A stretch of DNA of 64,000 nt, taken from Bacteroidales bacterium (lineage in GTDB: Bacteria; Bacteroidota; Bacteroidia; Bacteroidales; UBA1715). The position numbers and the translations under genes were made by a program. The notes beneath the pieces are model-generated. The model was not told the DNA's origin. It saw nothing but the letters and a program-made list of their open reading frames with translations, and did not search any database. Shown in pieces: positions 9,545 through 20,662 of the stretch. Numbering within the stretch: the first letter of the stretch is position 1; each line of letters starts with the position of its first letter. The stretch spans positions 6,730-70,729 of the forward strand of contig JAITUU010000019.1 in the NCBI GenBank assembly GCA_031286165.1, in the 5' to 3' direction.

Positions 9545-11410
9545 GTGGCTATTGTATATATAGAAAATTTGGTAAAATATTTTGGCGAAGTGCGCCTCTT
9601 CGATAATATGAGTTTTACCATCAACACCGGCGAAAAAGTAGGTTTGCTCGCCAAAAACGGCACAGGGAAAACCACCCTCATTTCCATTCTTTTGGGGAAA
9701 GAACCGTATGAATCGGGTGAACTATACATAGACCCAAATTGTACGGTGGGGTATGTACCGCAAAATCCCGATTTTACATCGAAAAATAGCATTTATCACG
9801 AAGTATATACTTCGTTTGAAGAAATTATTACAGCAAAAAACAACTACCAACGCGCACTCGAATCGCACAACGAAACATTGATAGCGCAAACAACTTCGGC
9901 AATGGACGCATTGCAAGCGTGGGATTATGAATCGCGGGTGGAATACATACTCTCGAAATTAGAATTTTTCGATACCACACAGGCAATTTCTACGCTTTCG
10001 GGTGGACAAAAAAAGCGCGTGGCTATGGCAAAACTCCTTTTGCGCGAACCCGATTTTTTGATTTTAGACGAACCAACCAATCACTTGGATTTGCAAATTA
10101 TTGAGTGGTTGGAAAATTTTTTAACGGCATCGAAAAGCACTCTGCTCATGGTTACGCACGACCGCTATTTTCTGGAGCGCGTGTGCACCACCATAATAGA
10201 AATTGACGAGGGAAAAGCCTTTAAATACGAAGGAAATTACGAAACATTTTTGCTCAAAAAAGAAGAACGCACGCAAATCTTGCATCAGGAAATTGCAAAA
10301 GCACGGAATTTAATGCGCACCGAATTGGACTGGATGCGCCGCCAACCGCAGGCTCGCGGCACCAAAGCAAAATACCGCATCAATGCCTTTTACGATTTAC
10401 AGGATAAAGCACAGCAACACATAAAAACCGACAATCTCAACATTACCGTGCAGGGCGCACGGCTGGGCAATAAAGTAATAGAACTCCGGCACGTGAGTTT
10501 TGCCTACGGCGAAAAAGTGCTGCTCCGCGATTTTTCCTATATTTTTCACCGCAACGAAAAAATAGGCATTATAGGAAACAACGGCTGCGGGAAAACTACA
10601 TTTTTAAACATTCTCACCGAGCAACTCGCCGCACAATCGGGTACCATAGATTATGGCGAAACCGTAGTGCTTGGCTACTATAAGCAAGACGGCTTGCTTT
10701 TCAACGAAAATCAAAAAGTGATAGAGGTAATTCAGGAAATTGCCGAGCACATAGAATTGGAAAAAGGAAAAGTAATTTCGGCAGCGCAATTTTTGGAGCA
10801 GTGGCTATTTCCGCGTTCTATGCACTATTTACACGTGTCGCGCCTGAGCGGTGGCGAAAAAAAACGCCTCTATTTGATGACAATTTTAATGCGCCAACCC
10901 AATTTTTTGATTCTCGATGAACCTACCAACGATTTGGATTTATACACACTGCGCATATTGGAAGATTATTTGCAACATTTCAACGGCTGCGTGGTAATAG
11001 TGTCGCACGATAGATTTTTTACCGACAAAGTGGTGGAACATTTATTGGTGTTCAAAGGTGAGGGCGTAATTCAGAATTTCGCAGGAAATTACTCGCGCTA
11101 TCGCGCCATAGAAGAGCAAAAAGCCGAAGAAGAAAAACTACGCACCACAGCGCAAACACCCAAAGAAGAAAAACAAGAAAAAGCAAAACCGGATAAAAAA
11201 CGCCTAAGTTTTAAAGAACAAAAAGAATTAGAAGGCGTGGAAAAAGAACTTGCGCAACTCGAACAAGAAAAACTCTCACTTACCGAAGAACTCAATTCCG
11301 GCACACTCTCCAACGATGACTTACGCCAAAAATCGGAACGTTTCGGTGCCGTAACAGCCAGAATGGACGAATGCGAAATGCGCTGGTTAGAACTTTCTAT
11401 GGCGGATTAA
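9545..11410 (+). CDS. ABC-F family ATPase (Uup-like)
   Basis: Two Walker A motifs (KNGTGKT, NNGCGKT), two LSGG signatures, LDEPTN twice, C-terminal coiled coil ([10 protein letters not shown]); no TM. Confidence 0.9.
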   Translation: MAIVYIENLVKYFGEVRLFDNMSFTINTGEKVGLLAKNGTGKTTLISILLGKEPYESGELYIDPNCTVGYVPQNPDFTSKNSIYHEVYTSFEEIITAKNNYQRALESHNETLIAQTTSAMDALQAWDYESRVEYILSKLEFFDTTQAISTLSGGQKKRVAMAKLLLREPDFLILDEPTNHLDLQIIEWLENFLTASKSTLLMVTHDRYFLERVCTTIIEIDEGKAFKYEGNYETFLLKKEERTQILHQEIAKARNLMRTELDWMRRQPQARGTKAKYRINAFYDLQDKAQQHIKTDNLNITVQGARLGNKVIELRHVSFAYGEKVLLRDFSYIFHRNEKIGIIGNNGCGKTTFLNILTEQLAAQSGTIDYGETVVLGYYKQDGLLFNENQKVIEVIQEIAEHIELEKGKVISAAQFLEQWLFPRSMHYLHVSRLSGGEKKRLYLMTILMRQPNFLILDEPTNDLDLYTLRILEDYLQHFNGCVVIVSHDRFFTDKVVEHLLVFKGEGVIQNFAGNYSRYRAIEEQKAEEEKLRTTAQTPKEEKQEKAKPDKKRLSFKEQKELEGVEKELAQLEQEKLSLTEELNSGTLSNDDLRQKSERFGAVTARMDECEMRWLELSMAD

Positions 11411-12396
11411 TGCAACAATTTCCAAATTGCATCTTTCAATTCCACTATATTTTTTCCGGTGATTGACGATATAAAAATCGACTGAATGCCTATGGGCAAA
11501 TCTGCCTGCAACATAGTTTCCAACTCTTCGTCTATGCAGTCGCTTTTGGTAATGGCGAGCAAGCGCGGTTTGTCGAGCAATTCGGGGTTGTACTGTCCCA
11601 CTTCGTTGAGCAAAATATCGTATTCCTGCGCTATATTTTTACTTTCGGCAGAAATCATAAAAAGTAACATGGAATTTCGTTCAATATGACGTAGAAACCT
11701 CAATCCCAAACCCTTTCCTTCACTTGCTCCTTCTATAATACCCGGAATATCTGCCATTACAAAGGAAGCATTGTTGCGATACGCCACAATTCCCAAATTG
11801 GGAACAAGCGTAGTAAACGGATAATCGGCAATTTTGGGTTTTGCAGCCGACACCACACTCAAAAGCGTTGATTTTCCGGCATTGGGAAATCCCACCAAAC
11901 CCACATCGGCAAGCACTTTGAGTTCCAGCGTAAACCACCCTTCTACACCAGCCTCGCCGGGTTGCGAGTAACGCGGAGTTTGATTGGTAGCCGATTTAAA
12001 ATGCCAATTTCCCAAACCGCCGCGTCCGCCGGAAATCACAATTTTTTCCTGTCCGTGTTCGGTAATTTCACACACAAATTCATCGGTTTCGGCATTTTTC
12101 ACTATCGTTCCCAGCGGCACGTCTATATACACATCATCGCCAAAAGCACCGGTACAACAAGCACCACTGCCATCGCCGCCATTGCCGGCAAATATATGTT
12201 TTTGGTAACGGAGCGCAAGCAGGGTCCACACATTTTCGTTGCCGCGCACTATAATATGTCCGCCACGTCCGCCATCGCCGCCATCGGGACCGCCTTTGGC
12301 AGTCAATTTATCACGGTGCAAATGCGTAGAACCATTGCCGCCCTTACCCGAACGGAAATATATTTTGATATAATCAACGAAACTTGATGATGCCAT
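11407..12396 (-). CDS. obgE: GTPase ObgE; start re-called at MASSSF
   Basis: Gly-rich Obg domain ([12 protein letters not shown]), [25 protein letters not shown]. Confidence 0.95.
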   Translation of the reverse strand: MASSSFVDYIKIYFRSGKGGNGSTHLHRDKLTAKGGPDGGDGGRGGHIIVRGNENVWTLLALRYQKHIFAGNGGDGSGACCTGAFGDDVYIDVPLGTIVKNAETDEFVCEITEHGQEKIVISGGRGGLGNWHFKSATNQTPRYSQPGEAGVEGWFTLELKVLADVGLVGFPNAGKSTLLSVVSAAKPKIADYPFTTLVPNLGIVAYRNNASFVMADIPGIIEGASEGKGLGLRFLRHIERNSMLLFMISAESKNIAQEYDILLNEVGQYNPELLDKPRLLAITKSDCIDEELETMLQADLPIGIQSIFISSITGKNIVELKDAIWKLLH

Positions 12397-12504
12397 AGAA
12401 ATTGAAAGTTGAGAGTTAAAAATTGAAAGTGAAACATTGAAAATGCACTTCGTGCGACACAAGCGTATCGCCGAAGGCATATATCATTGTTTCAAAGTGC
12501 GTAT

Positions 12505-13080
12505 TTATAAACTTTTATCGCACTCTGTTGAAATTGCTTGGAAAATTTCTTGAATTGAACCAACTCCTTTGATTTCCTGCTGTTTACCTTGCGCTTTGTA
12601 GTATTCTTTTACCGGCAATGTTGAGGCATTATACACCGAAATTCGGTTCATAATCACGTCTTCGTTTTGGTCATCGGCACGTCCCGACACTTTTCCGCGT
12701 TCGAGCAAACGTTTCAAAAGTTCCGGTGTTTCCACTTCGAGTGAAAGCATAACCGACACGCTCATATTCAATTCTTTCAAAAGCACATCTAAGGCTTCGG
12801 CTTGCGCGGTAGTGCGCGGAAAACCATCGAAAATAAACCCTTTTGCGCCGGTATTGGCAGCAAGTTTATTTTTTATCATGCCTATCACTATGTCGTCCGA
12901 CACCAATTCGCCTTTCTCGATTTTCGCAGCGGCAACTTTGCCCAAATCGGTTTGTGCCTTCATTTCGGCACGCAGCAAATCGCCGGTAGAAATGTGAATT
13001 AAGCCGTATTTTTCTACTATCAAATCTGATTGAGTGCCTTTACCTGCTCCCGGAGGTCCGAATAATACTAAATTTATCAT
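12505..13080 (-). CDS. adk: Adenylate kinase (short LID)
   Basis: GPPGAGKGTQ, HISTGDLLR, DGFPRT, GRADD. Confidence 0.95.
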   Translation of the reverse strand: MINLVLFGPPGAGKGTQSDLIVEKYGLIHISTGDLLRAEMKAQTDLGKVAAAKIEKGELVSDDIVIGMIKNKLAANTGAKGFIFDGFPRTTAQAEALDVLLKELNMSVSVMLSLEVETPELLKRLLERGKVSGRADDQNEDVIMNRISVYNASTLPVKEYYKAQGKQQEIKGVGSIQEIFQAISTECDKSL

Positions 13081-13155
13081 TGTTTAAAGTTTATATGTTT
13101 GTAAGTTTGTATGTCTATAAGTCTAAATGTCTTGTGTCTAAAAATCTCGTAATTT

Positions 13156-13701
13156 TTAATTCGTAATTTTTAATTGATAAATGTCCGGCAGCGTTCGCCC
13201 TGCGTTATTGTAATCGAGTCCGTAGCCCACCACAAATTCGTTGGAAATTTCAAAGCCCACAAAATCTATGGGAATTTGTAGTGTATATGCCGCAGGTTTC
13301 AAAAGCAATGCCGCTATGCGAATACTTGCCGCTCCACGAAACAAGCAATACTCGTAAATTCTACGAATGGTTTCTCCCGAATCTACAATATCTTCAAACA
13401 CAATCACATCTTTGCCGCGAATGTCGATTTTCAACGCCACATCGAGCGTGGGTGCGGCTGTGGCGCACATACCGCTGTACGAAGAAATTTTCACAAAATG
13501 CAGTTCGGGTGCGTTGTGCAAATGCCTACACACATCGGCAGTAAACATAAACGCTCCGCTCAACACCGAAATAAGCACTGCATTTTCAAGATGCAATTCA
13601 TTGATTTCGTGAGCAATAGCAACACAACGCGCAGCGATTTCCTGCACCGAAATACATCGTTCAAAATCGCGGTCGTGTATATGTATTGTGTGTGAATTCA
13701 T
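13156..13701 (-). CDS. hpt: Hypoxanthine phosphoribosyltransferase
   Basis: VLSGAFMFTAD, VIVFEDIVDSGET PRPP loop, FVVGYGLDY. Confidence 0.9.
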   Translation of the reverse strand: MNSHTIHIHDRDFERCISVQEIAARCVAIAHEINELHLENAVLISVLSGAFMFTADVCRHLHNAPELHFVKISSYSGMCATAAPTLDVALKIDIRGKDVIVFEDIVDSGETIRRIYEYCLFRGAASIRIAALLLKPAAYTLQIPIDFVGFEISNEFVVGYGLDYNNAGRTLPDIYQLKITN

Positions 13702-13775
13702 GCTATGCAAAAATACGATTTAATTGTAAATGGTAAATGGCAAATGGTAAATTATTTTGGAAAAACAGGAGAAAG

Positions 13776-13806
13776 AAAAAGGCGGAACCTTACGTTTCGC
13801 CTTTTT
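13776..13806. terminator. Bidirectional intrinsic terminator-like hairpin
   Basis: AAAAAGGCGGAAC-CTTAC-GTTTCGCCTTTTT stem-loop flanked by A/T tracts, 3' of the 13825-14463 gene. Confidence 0.6.
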
Positions 13807-13824
13807 CTAATTGTCTATTTTGAA

Positions 13825-14463
13825 CTATTCCAATATTGCTTGTATTGATTTTTCAATCTCATGACCATCGGAAAATACAAATGTAAAGGTAAAATTGTAT
13901 GTTCCTGCTGTGAGGTTCGTTGCAGTGAGCAAACAATCAATCCAATAATTCGGAGTAGTACCGATATAAATAGGTGCAGAACGGCTGAAATAATCCTCAA
14001 ATGACGTTAAATATGGAAATTTTGTATTTCCATTCCATTCTCGTATTTGAAAAAAATCCGCTACATTGCTACCTGCCATGTGTGTGTCGTCAAAATCTTT
14101 ATCGGCAACTACTCGTATGGCAGTAACACTATCTTGCGGAAAGAATGAACCTATATTACAACTACACGCATGGGCAGATTGCACAAAAAATGATGATGAT
14201 TGTGCACATTCCGGAATAAGTATGGTAGTATTAAATTGTATTGTTACACCAAAATCTTTGCGAAACGTGAGCGGATTTGCATCTGCATTGTCCGTTCCAT
14301 TTCCCATCATTGCATTGATTGAAGTGTTATCCATAGCAAAGAGCGTAACGTTTTCTATTGAATATATATTATCTTTTGGCTTCGAACAATTACAACACGA
14401 CTCTATGATAATACCTATGAATGGCATTACCATTAATAAGATTATTATCTTATGTATTTTCAT
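13825..14463 (-). CDS. Exported Cys-rich-leader protein (DUF5034-like)
   Basis: Signal peptide followed by SCCNC; AHACSC; AT-rich codon usage. Confidence 0.5.
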   Translation of the reverse strand: MKIHKIIILLMVMPFIGIIIESCCNCSKPKDNIYSIENVTLFAMDNTSINAMMGNGTDNADANPLTFRKDFGVTIQFNTTILIPECAQSSSFFVQSAHACSCNIGSFFPQDSVTAIRVVADKDFDDTHMAGSNVADFFQIREWNGNTKFPYLTSFEDYFSRSAPIYIGTTPNYWIDCLLTATNLTAGTYNFTFTFVFSDGHEIEKSIQAILE

Positions 14464-14482
14464 AGTTATTAGTATTTTGAGA

Positions 14483-16042
14483 TTAATATAATCGCACTAA
14501 CTCATCAATATCGGCATCGGTTACTCCTGCTATTTTAGATGTTTTTAATTTTGCTTTCACATCAGATATTGATTTTGAACCAACAATAATATTGTTTTGG
14601 ATATATGAAAGAGAATATCCTTTTATTCTATCGTTTGGATATTTTGTGCTGTTGTATAATTCTCGCTGATTAGAATCATCCATCAAATCGACAAATAAAA
14701 GACTATATTCTTTTGGTAATATTGATTCATCAGGCCACAGTTGTGTTTTATCAGAATCATATTGTTTAGGGGTTCCTTTATATTTAATGCCAAGTTTTTT
14801 ATATTCATCTCCTGTAAGTGCAACTTGAATTGCTGTTGCCCAACTTTCATAAATAATTCTATCTGAAAATATAAAATTCCCTGCACCAACCAATTGCCAA
14901 TGCGATTGATGACCAAGTTCATGAATTGTTAATGCAAAAAGTTCATGAGTAGTTTTAAAATAACCATTTTTATCACGCCCACAAATATGAACATCAGGAA
15001 ATACTCCTGAAACTCCTACTGTTGGAAATGAAAACCCTTCATACAAGTTTTTATGTTTATCAAGATAGCAAATTTTAGTATTGTTCGCTTGTTGAGGACG
15101 TTTTATTCCGAGATTATCACCATAAAAACTTCTATTGGCAGCACGAAGTATGGTTGCGTACATAAGTGTTAATCCGCTTCGTATTGGTAAATTCCAATCT
15201 CCTTTTTGTTTTGGACCATCAAACCACGCTTGAAAAAGATTTCCATCTCGTATATCAAAATCAGAACGCTGCCATTTTATGCAATAATTAACTTCGTAGC
15301 GAAATTCAGGAAGTGTATAATAACCGTCTGCATTAGTAAGTGTTTTTTCTGTATGTACACTCCAGCGTCCGTGTACTTCGGCACCTTCCAAAGGTATCTC
15401 CATATTTAAAAGGTCGTCCCATACTGTAATCCGTCCTTGGGGTATCCATTTCGATGCTTTTAATTGCGCTCCTTCCGGCAAATTACCCGTCAAACGAAAC
15501 GCTTCCTCTTCCAATTTGTCGTAAAAATCCGTTTCCGAAGATTTCAATACACTTTGGTCTTCGTATTCGGGAATAAATACCTCGTACAAAATTTCGTGTT
15601 GAATATTTGGAATTTTATAATCCACCGGCACTACCACATATTGCCACGTAATGGCATCTTTGGGCAAACTTGGGTCGTGATAATAATTGCCGTGCACTGC
15701 AATTTCGTAATCGAGCGGAAAATCGTACAATAACAATGTTTTGTCGGATTTCAGCAAATCCCATTCTTCTTCATTTTTTGGCAAAAATCGCATATATATT
15801 CTATTCGGCGCAAGTTCCGATTTTAAACCGGCACCGGCAATATTTGCGTAGGCAGCACGCATATTGCTGATAGAGTATGGGTCATTAATTTTTTTGCCCA
15901 AAACTATTGCGCCATCGCTATGAGTTTGCGGCGGCGCACTTTGTGGCGCTTGGTTTTTTTCGCACGAAACGAATACAGTAAAAACTGCGAGGGTGCTAAG
16001 CATTCTTACCACGTTTCTCAAATTAACAGGAGGTTTTTTCAT
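14483..16042 (-). CDS. Lipoprotein with zincin-like metallopeptidase domain
   Basis: Lipobox FVSC; LGKKINDPYS leader; IHELGHQSH (HEXXH) followed by downstream YESW. Confidence 0.7.
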   Translation of the reverse strand: MKKPPVNLRNVVRMLSTLAVFTVFVSCEKNQAPQSAPPQTHSDGAIVLGKKINDPYSISNMRAAYANIAGAGLKSELAPNRIYMRFLPKNEEEWDLLKSDKTLLLYDFPLDYEIAVHGNYYHDPSLPKDAITWQYVVVPVDYKIPNIQHEILYEVFIPEYEDQSVLKSSETDFYDKLEEEAFRLTGNLPEGAQLKASKWIPQGRITVWDDLLNMEIPLEGAEVHGRWSVHTEKTLTNADGYYTLPEFRYEVNYCIKWQRSDFDIRDGNLFQAWFDGPKQKGDWNLPIRSGLTLMYATILRAANRSFYGDNLGIKRPQQANNTKICYLDKHKNLYEGFSFPTVGVSGVFPDVHICGRDKNGYFKTTHELFALTIHELGHQSHWQLVGAGNFIFSDRIIYESWATAIQVALTGDEYKKLGIKYKGTPKQYDSDKTQLWPDESILPKEYSLLFVDLMDDSNQRELYNSTKYPNDRIKGYSLSYIQNNIIVGSKSISDVKAKLKTSKIAGVTDADIDELVRLY

Positions 16043-16362
16043 GAAAATGTTTAATTAATAATATGTTTTACGTTGCAATAAAACATGGTAAAAATAACCA
16101 ATAAAACGGAAGATTTTAATGTTGTTTTTATGATTTTTCTCATGAAAATCATTGAATATAATCACAAGAACTCCCTATAATTACAGTGATATATACCAGA
16201 TATTCATAATCATCAAAAAAACGTATACTGTCCTTTATTTCCTTACTACGCAAAAACACCTATTTTGAAATTTTTTACAATAAAACTCTCATTCCACACG
16301 CGGTTTTTTCACAAAATTTATACCTTTGTGAACTCTAACAATAATAGTTGCTTACGTAATTC

Positions 16363-17178
16363 ATGTCCACTCAAAAATATATAGATTTAGACGAAGTTCT
16401 GCGCTCCAAAAATCCGCGATTGTACAAAATCCTGCCGCGATTTGTTATTTCGTTTCTCAAATGGATTATTTGCCAAAATCAAGTAAATGAATTACTTACA
16501 AAACTCGAAGGCGTAGATGGCATTGTAAAAATGCAGCGTTTTATGGAAATTCAGAATATTACCCTCGTGCTTCATGGCAAAGAAAATGTTCCCATCGAAG
16601 GACGATTTATTTTTACATCGAATCACCCCTTGGGTGGTGCCGATGGCATTACGTTTTCGGTAGCAGTGGCGCACTTTTTCGCAAATCTCAAATTTTTGGT
16701 AAACGATATTCTGCTGTTTTTGCCCGGCGTGCACAATATTTTTGTGCCGCTCAACAAACACGGTAAACAAAGTAAGTTGGCAGCCTCCACCATTATTGAA
16801 ACCTATAAATCCGATAATCAAGTACTCATTTTCCCCGCAGGATTGGTTTCACGCAAAATAAAAGGGCAAATTCGTGATTTACAGTGGAGTAAATCGTTTA
16901 TAAATGCCGCAAAAAAATACAAACGCGATATTATTCCTGTATATATTGACGGCAAAAATTCCAATTTCTTTTACAATGTGGCAAATGTGCGCAAATTTTT
17001 AGGCATCAAAACAAATATTGAGATGCTTTTTCTCGTTAAAGAAATGTTTCGTCAGAAAAATAGTACGGTGAATATTTATTTCGGAAAACCTATTGCTCAC
17101 CAAAGTTTAACAAACGAAAAAAGCCCCACCGCGTGGGCACAAATAATTAAAGAACAAGTATATTCATTGAAACAATAA
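16363..17178 (+). CDS. Glycerolipid/amino-lipid O-acyltransferase (PlsC-like)
   Basis: SNHPLGGADG (HX4D), LIFPAG, IIPVY. Confidence 0.85.
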   Translation: MSTQKYIDLDEVLRSKNPRLYKILPRFVISFLKWIICQNQVNELLTKLEGVDGIVKMQRFMEIQNITLVLHGKENVPIEGRFIFTSNHPLGGADGITFSVAVAHFFANLKFLVNDILLFLPGVHNIFVPLNKHGKQSKLAASTIIETYKSDNQVLIFPAGLVSRKIKGQIRDLQWSKSFINAAKKYKRDIIPVYIDGKNSNFFYNVANVRKFLGIKTNIEMLFLVKEMFRQKNSTVNIYFGKPIAHQSLTNEKSPTAWAQIIKEQVYSLKQ

Positions 17179-17180
17179 CT

Positions 17181-18131
17181 ATGGAAACAAATACTAATAT
17201 GGAAGAAATCATAGCACCTATTTCACGCGAAATTATAAAATCAGAACTCACTCACGAGCGATTTTTGCGCAACACAAGTTTTGGTTCGTGTGAAGTATAT
17301 TCGGTAAACAATTTCACTGCGCCCAATATTATACAAGAAATCGGTCGCTTACGCGAAATAGCCTTTCGGCAGGCAGGCGGCGGCACAGGAAAATCTGTGG
17401 ATTTAGATGAATTTGACACCGACCCTCGCTATCAATACGAGCAACTCATAGTATGGAATCCTGCCACCGAAACTATTTTGGGCGGGTATCGCTATGTATT
17501 GTGCCGCAATATGCGCGACAACAATGGCGAATATCACTTGGCAACGGACGAACTCTTCGATTTTTCGGAAAAATTCAAACAGGAGTATTTACCTCACGTT
17601 ATAGAATTGGGTCGTTCCTTTGTGCATCATGAATATCAAACCGGCAGCAATCAGCGCAAAGGAATTTTTGTGCTCGATAATTTATGGGAAGGTTTGGGGG
17701 CTGTGGTGGCGCAAAATCCCGATATTAAATATTTATTCGGAAAAGTTACCATGTATTTGCAATTCCCCAAATTGGGGCGCGATTACATTCTGTATTTTCT
17801 AAAAAAACACTTTGGCGACAAAGAAAACCTGCTCACACCCAAAGAACCCCTCCCCTTTCATAACCCCGAAGCGCAGTTGGCATCAGTATTCACCGGTGCC
17901 TCTATGGACGAAGATTACAAAATTCTTTTCCGCAAAGTGCGTGAGGAAAAACACAACATTCCACCGCTCATTTCTTCATACTTAGGGTTAAGTTCCACCA
18001 TAAAAAGTTTTGGCACTTCGCTCAATTCGCACTTTGGCGATGTGGAAGAAACCGGAATTTTAGTTACCATTGCCGAAATTGAACCCTCAAAACTCGAACG
18101 CTACGTATATTCATTTGTGAAAATAATGTAA
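17181..18131 (+). CDS. GNAT-family N-acyltransferase (OlsB/GlsB-like)
   Basis: EIGRLREIAFRQAGGG, LGGYRY, IELGRSFV, IPPLISSYL. Confidence 0.8.
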   Translation: METNTNMEEIIAPISREIIKSELTHERFLRNTSFGSCEVYSVNNFTAPNIIQEIGRLREIAFRQAGGGTGKSVDLDEFDTDPRYQYEQLIVWNPATETILGGYRYVLCRNMRDNNGEYHLATDELFDFSEKFKQEYLPHVIELGRSFVHHEYQTGSNQRKGIFVLDNLWEGLGAVVAQNPDIKYLFGKVTMYLQFPKLGRDYILYFLKKHFGDKENLLTPKEPLPFHNPEAQLASVFTGASMDEDYKILFRKVREEKHNIPPLISSYLGLSSTIKSFGTSLNSHFGDVEETGILVTIAEIEPSKLERYVYSFVKIM

Positions 18132-18245
18132 GATTTCGCACCACATACGGAATGACGAAAGAAATATGTGTAATTACAAATACTAAAAATGCCGAGAAAT
18201 GTAATAATTCTCGGCATTTTCCATGATTGGGAGTGTGTGTATTTA

Positions 18246-18740
18246 TTAATCGTCTTCGCGCCCTTTGAGTTCTTTATCGAGTATAAGTAGTGCCGCAGGA
18301 TTGCTTCCTATCATATTCAGCGTGTGCAATATTTGGCGCGGTGTTTCTTCTTCTTCTATTTGCTCGTTTATAAACCATTGGAGCATATTTTTTGTTTCGT
18401 AGTCTTTCAATTCGCAGGCTTTTTCCATTAAATTATGAATTAAACCGGTAACAATTTTTTCGTGCATAAGCGTATCTTCAAACGCATCTTTGGGCGAGTT
18501 CCACTCCTGACGAACTTCGGAAATTGGTTTTAAAAGCACTTTGGCATCGCGCGAAGTAATGTATTTTGCAATACGACTTGCGTGCTCAAATTCCTCGCGG
18601 GCTTGCACTGCAAACCAATGCGCAATTCCGGAAAAACCTTTGTTGTCCATATCGTAGGACATAGATAAATACAAATACCCAGACCATAATTCGGCATTCA
18701 CTTGTTCATTCAGTGCTGATACCATTAAAGAATTAATCAT
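18246..18740 (-). CDS. ftnA: Non-heme ferritin
   Basis: ELWSGYLY, EEFEHA, HEKIVT, LQWFINEQIEEE ferroxidase residues. Confidence 0.9.
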   Translation of the reverse strand: MINSLMVSALNEQVNAELWSGYLYLSMSYDMDNKGFSGIAHWFAVQAREEFEHASRIAKYITSRDAKVLLKPISEVRQEWNSPKDAFEDTLMHEKIVTGLIHNLMEKACELKDYETKNMLQWFINEQIEEEETPRQILHTLNMIGSNPAALLILDKELKGREDD

Positions 18741-18926
18741 AATAGTGTGTTTTAAGTGTTATTGTTGTTGTTGCTTTACAAGAACAAATATAGAAAACAC
18801 ATTCTTTTCTTCACTCAAAAACACTATGATACTCCGCAGTATTTCGTATGCGTTTCGTAGCACGCATTCCTCGCGTTCGGGCATAAAAAAAGAGTTTGCG
18901 TAGCATAGCAAACTCTTTTTTTTGTG

Positions 18927-18999
18927 TGGAAACGGGCGGGATCGAACCGCCGACACCAGGATTTTCAGTCCTGTGCTCTACCGACTGAGCTACATTTCC
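18927..18999 (-). tRNA. tRNA-Phe(GAA); CCA not encoded
   Basis: Minus strand GGAAATG-TAGCTCAGTCGGTAGAGC-A-CAGGA-CTGAAAA-TCCTG...GGTTCGATCC...CGTTTCC-A forms a cloverleaf. Confidence 0.95.
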
Positions 19000-19083
19000 T
19001 TTTGTAAAATGCAGTGCAAAAGTAGGTGTTTTTTTCTATTCTCAAAATTTTTCACGCACATTTTTCACTCTTTTTTGCATTTT

Positions 19084-19725
19084 TTATTGCACCAAATTCT
19101 GTATCAACACATTGCGAAGTTCATTATATAAATTTTCCAATGCCAGAGGAATATTCCATTTATCTTTATTGCGTTCGCCCACCATATTAGAAATTGCCCG
19201 CAGGTGCAAGCAGGGAAGATTTTGCCGCAAAGCCACATAGTGCACCGCCGCTCCTTCCATAGTTTCCACTGCGGGATTATAGGTTTTTCGCCATAGGTCG
19301 CGCATGGGTTCGCTTGCGGTAATAGTATTCACCGTAATACCCGAAACCTGCGGCAGCGAATGGCGCAGCGGCGCACACGTAATAGGCAAACGCCCATGCA
19401 CAAAAGGTGTTTGCTCCGCATGAGCCAACTTCATGTCGAAAATCGACTGAAACGTAGTTCCGGAAATCACACCCACATCGGCAAAGCAATCGCTTGTTAG
19501 CGCAACAATCTGCCCAATCTGATATTCTTGCGAAAACGCACCGGCAATACCGGCGCACACAATAATTTCGGGCGAGTGGTGCATGCAATAGTCGTGCAGC
19601 GCATACTGCATGGCGTAAGCCCCCACGCCACTTACGAGAAATTCCACCCGGTGCTCACACGCAGGTGGAATTTCAAATCCTTGTGCTTCTAAGTGCGAAG
19701 CGAATACTATAACGATACGAGCCAT
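19084..19725 (-). CDS. mqnB: Futalosine hydrolase
   Basis: PNP/MTAN fold: SGVG, GIAGAF, GITVNT, ETMEGAA, RAISNMVGERNKDKWNIPLAL. Confidence 0.8.
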   Translation of the reverse strand: MARIVIVFASHLEAQGFEIPPACEHRVEFLVSGVGAYAMQYALHDYCMHHSPEIIVCAGIAGAFSQEYQIGQIVALTSDCFADVGVISGTTFQSIFDMKLAHAEQTPFVHGRLPITCAPLRHSLPQVSGITVNTITASEPMRDLWRKTYNPAVETMEGAAVHYVALRQNLPCLHLRAISNMVGERNKDKWNIPLALENLYNELRNVLIQNLVQ

Positions 19726-19728
19726 AAA

Positions 19729-20589
19729 CTATGCACCGTAACCGTGTCCCAAAAATCCGCCTAATTTTGCTTCTTTGGGGAAAACGGTGATTACCGAAAT
19801 GAGTGCTTTATTGGCAATAATTTTTTGCTCTTCGGCACCAAACATATAGTCGGCAATGTCGAGCAATCGAGGCACGGTAATCAAAATAGCGTTTGCATTG
19901 AGTTTTTCAGAATAATCTATCACTTGGTCGGAAAAATCTTTGTTATCGGGTGCGGTAACTTCTTCGTATTCCACTTCGTTTTGGTCGAGAATTGATTTGG
20001 TATATACCAAATTGGAATATACTTGTTGTTTTAATTTCGGGTCGGTAGAATTTTGCACATACAAAAAGAATTTTGATTTGTACAATCGGTTCAAATACAA
20101 TGCCCACGAAACTTTTTGTTTTCCTTCTTTTTTGTAATCCACAGGGAACACTATGTTTTCGTACTGTTCTTCGCGCGGCGGACGTTGCACCACCACAAAG
20201 GGCATTTTTGCACCTTCTATTACTTTGAGTGCCCAACTTCCGGTAATTTTTTGCAATCCTTTCATGCCGTGAGTACCCATAAACACTAAGTGCGCGTCCA
20301 TTTCATTGGCAGTTTCGGCAATAGTGGTAAAAATACTTCCCACTTTCACCAAATACGTTGGTCGGTAGCCGTATTTATGTTCTACGTCTTCCACCACTAT
20401 ATTGAACTGTCGTTCTATATTGTCAATATCGCTTTCGGCATCTACAATATTTAAAAGCAATACATCGGTATTTGTTTTTTTTGCAAATCGAATGGCATGT
20501 TGCAATGCGTATTCTGCTACATTTGAGAAATCCCATGCAACCACAACTGTTCTTTTTTCTTCCATAAGTTCTTCCATAATCAACGGCAT
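19729..20589 (-). CDS. Universal stress protein (tandem USP domains); start may be 20565
   Basis: VVVAWDFS, LVFMGTHG, second domain IVFPVDY. Confidence 0.85.
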   Translation of the reverse strand: MPLIMEELMEEKRTVVVAWDFSNVAEYALQHAIRFAKKTNTDVLLLNIVDAESDIDNIERQFNIVVEDVEHKYGYRPTYLVKVGSIFTTIAETANEMDAHLVFMGTHGMKGLQKITGSWALKVIEGAKMPFVVVQRPPREEQYENIVFPVDYKKEGKQKVSWALYLNRLYKSKFFLYVQNSTDPKLKQQVYSNLVYTKSILDQNEVEYEEVTAPDNKDFSDQVIDYSEKLNANAILITVPRLLDIADYMFGAEEQKIIANKALISVITVFPKEAKLGGFLGHGYGA

Positions 20590-20662
20590 TTATTGTTTGT
20601 TATATTTTTTTTTATATCTTTGAAGTGTAGTTAATTTTTTGCTAAATTAAAATTTTTTTAGA

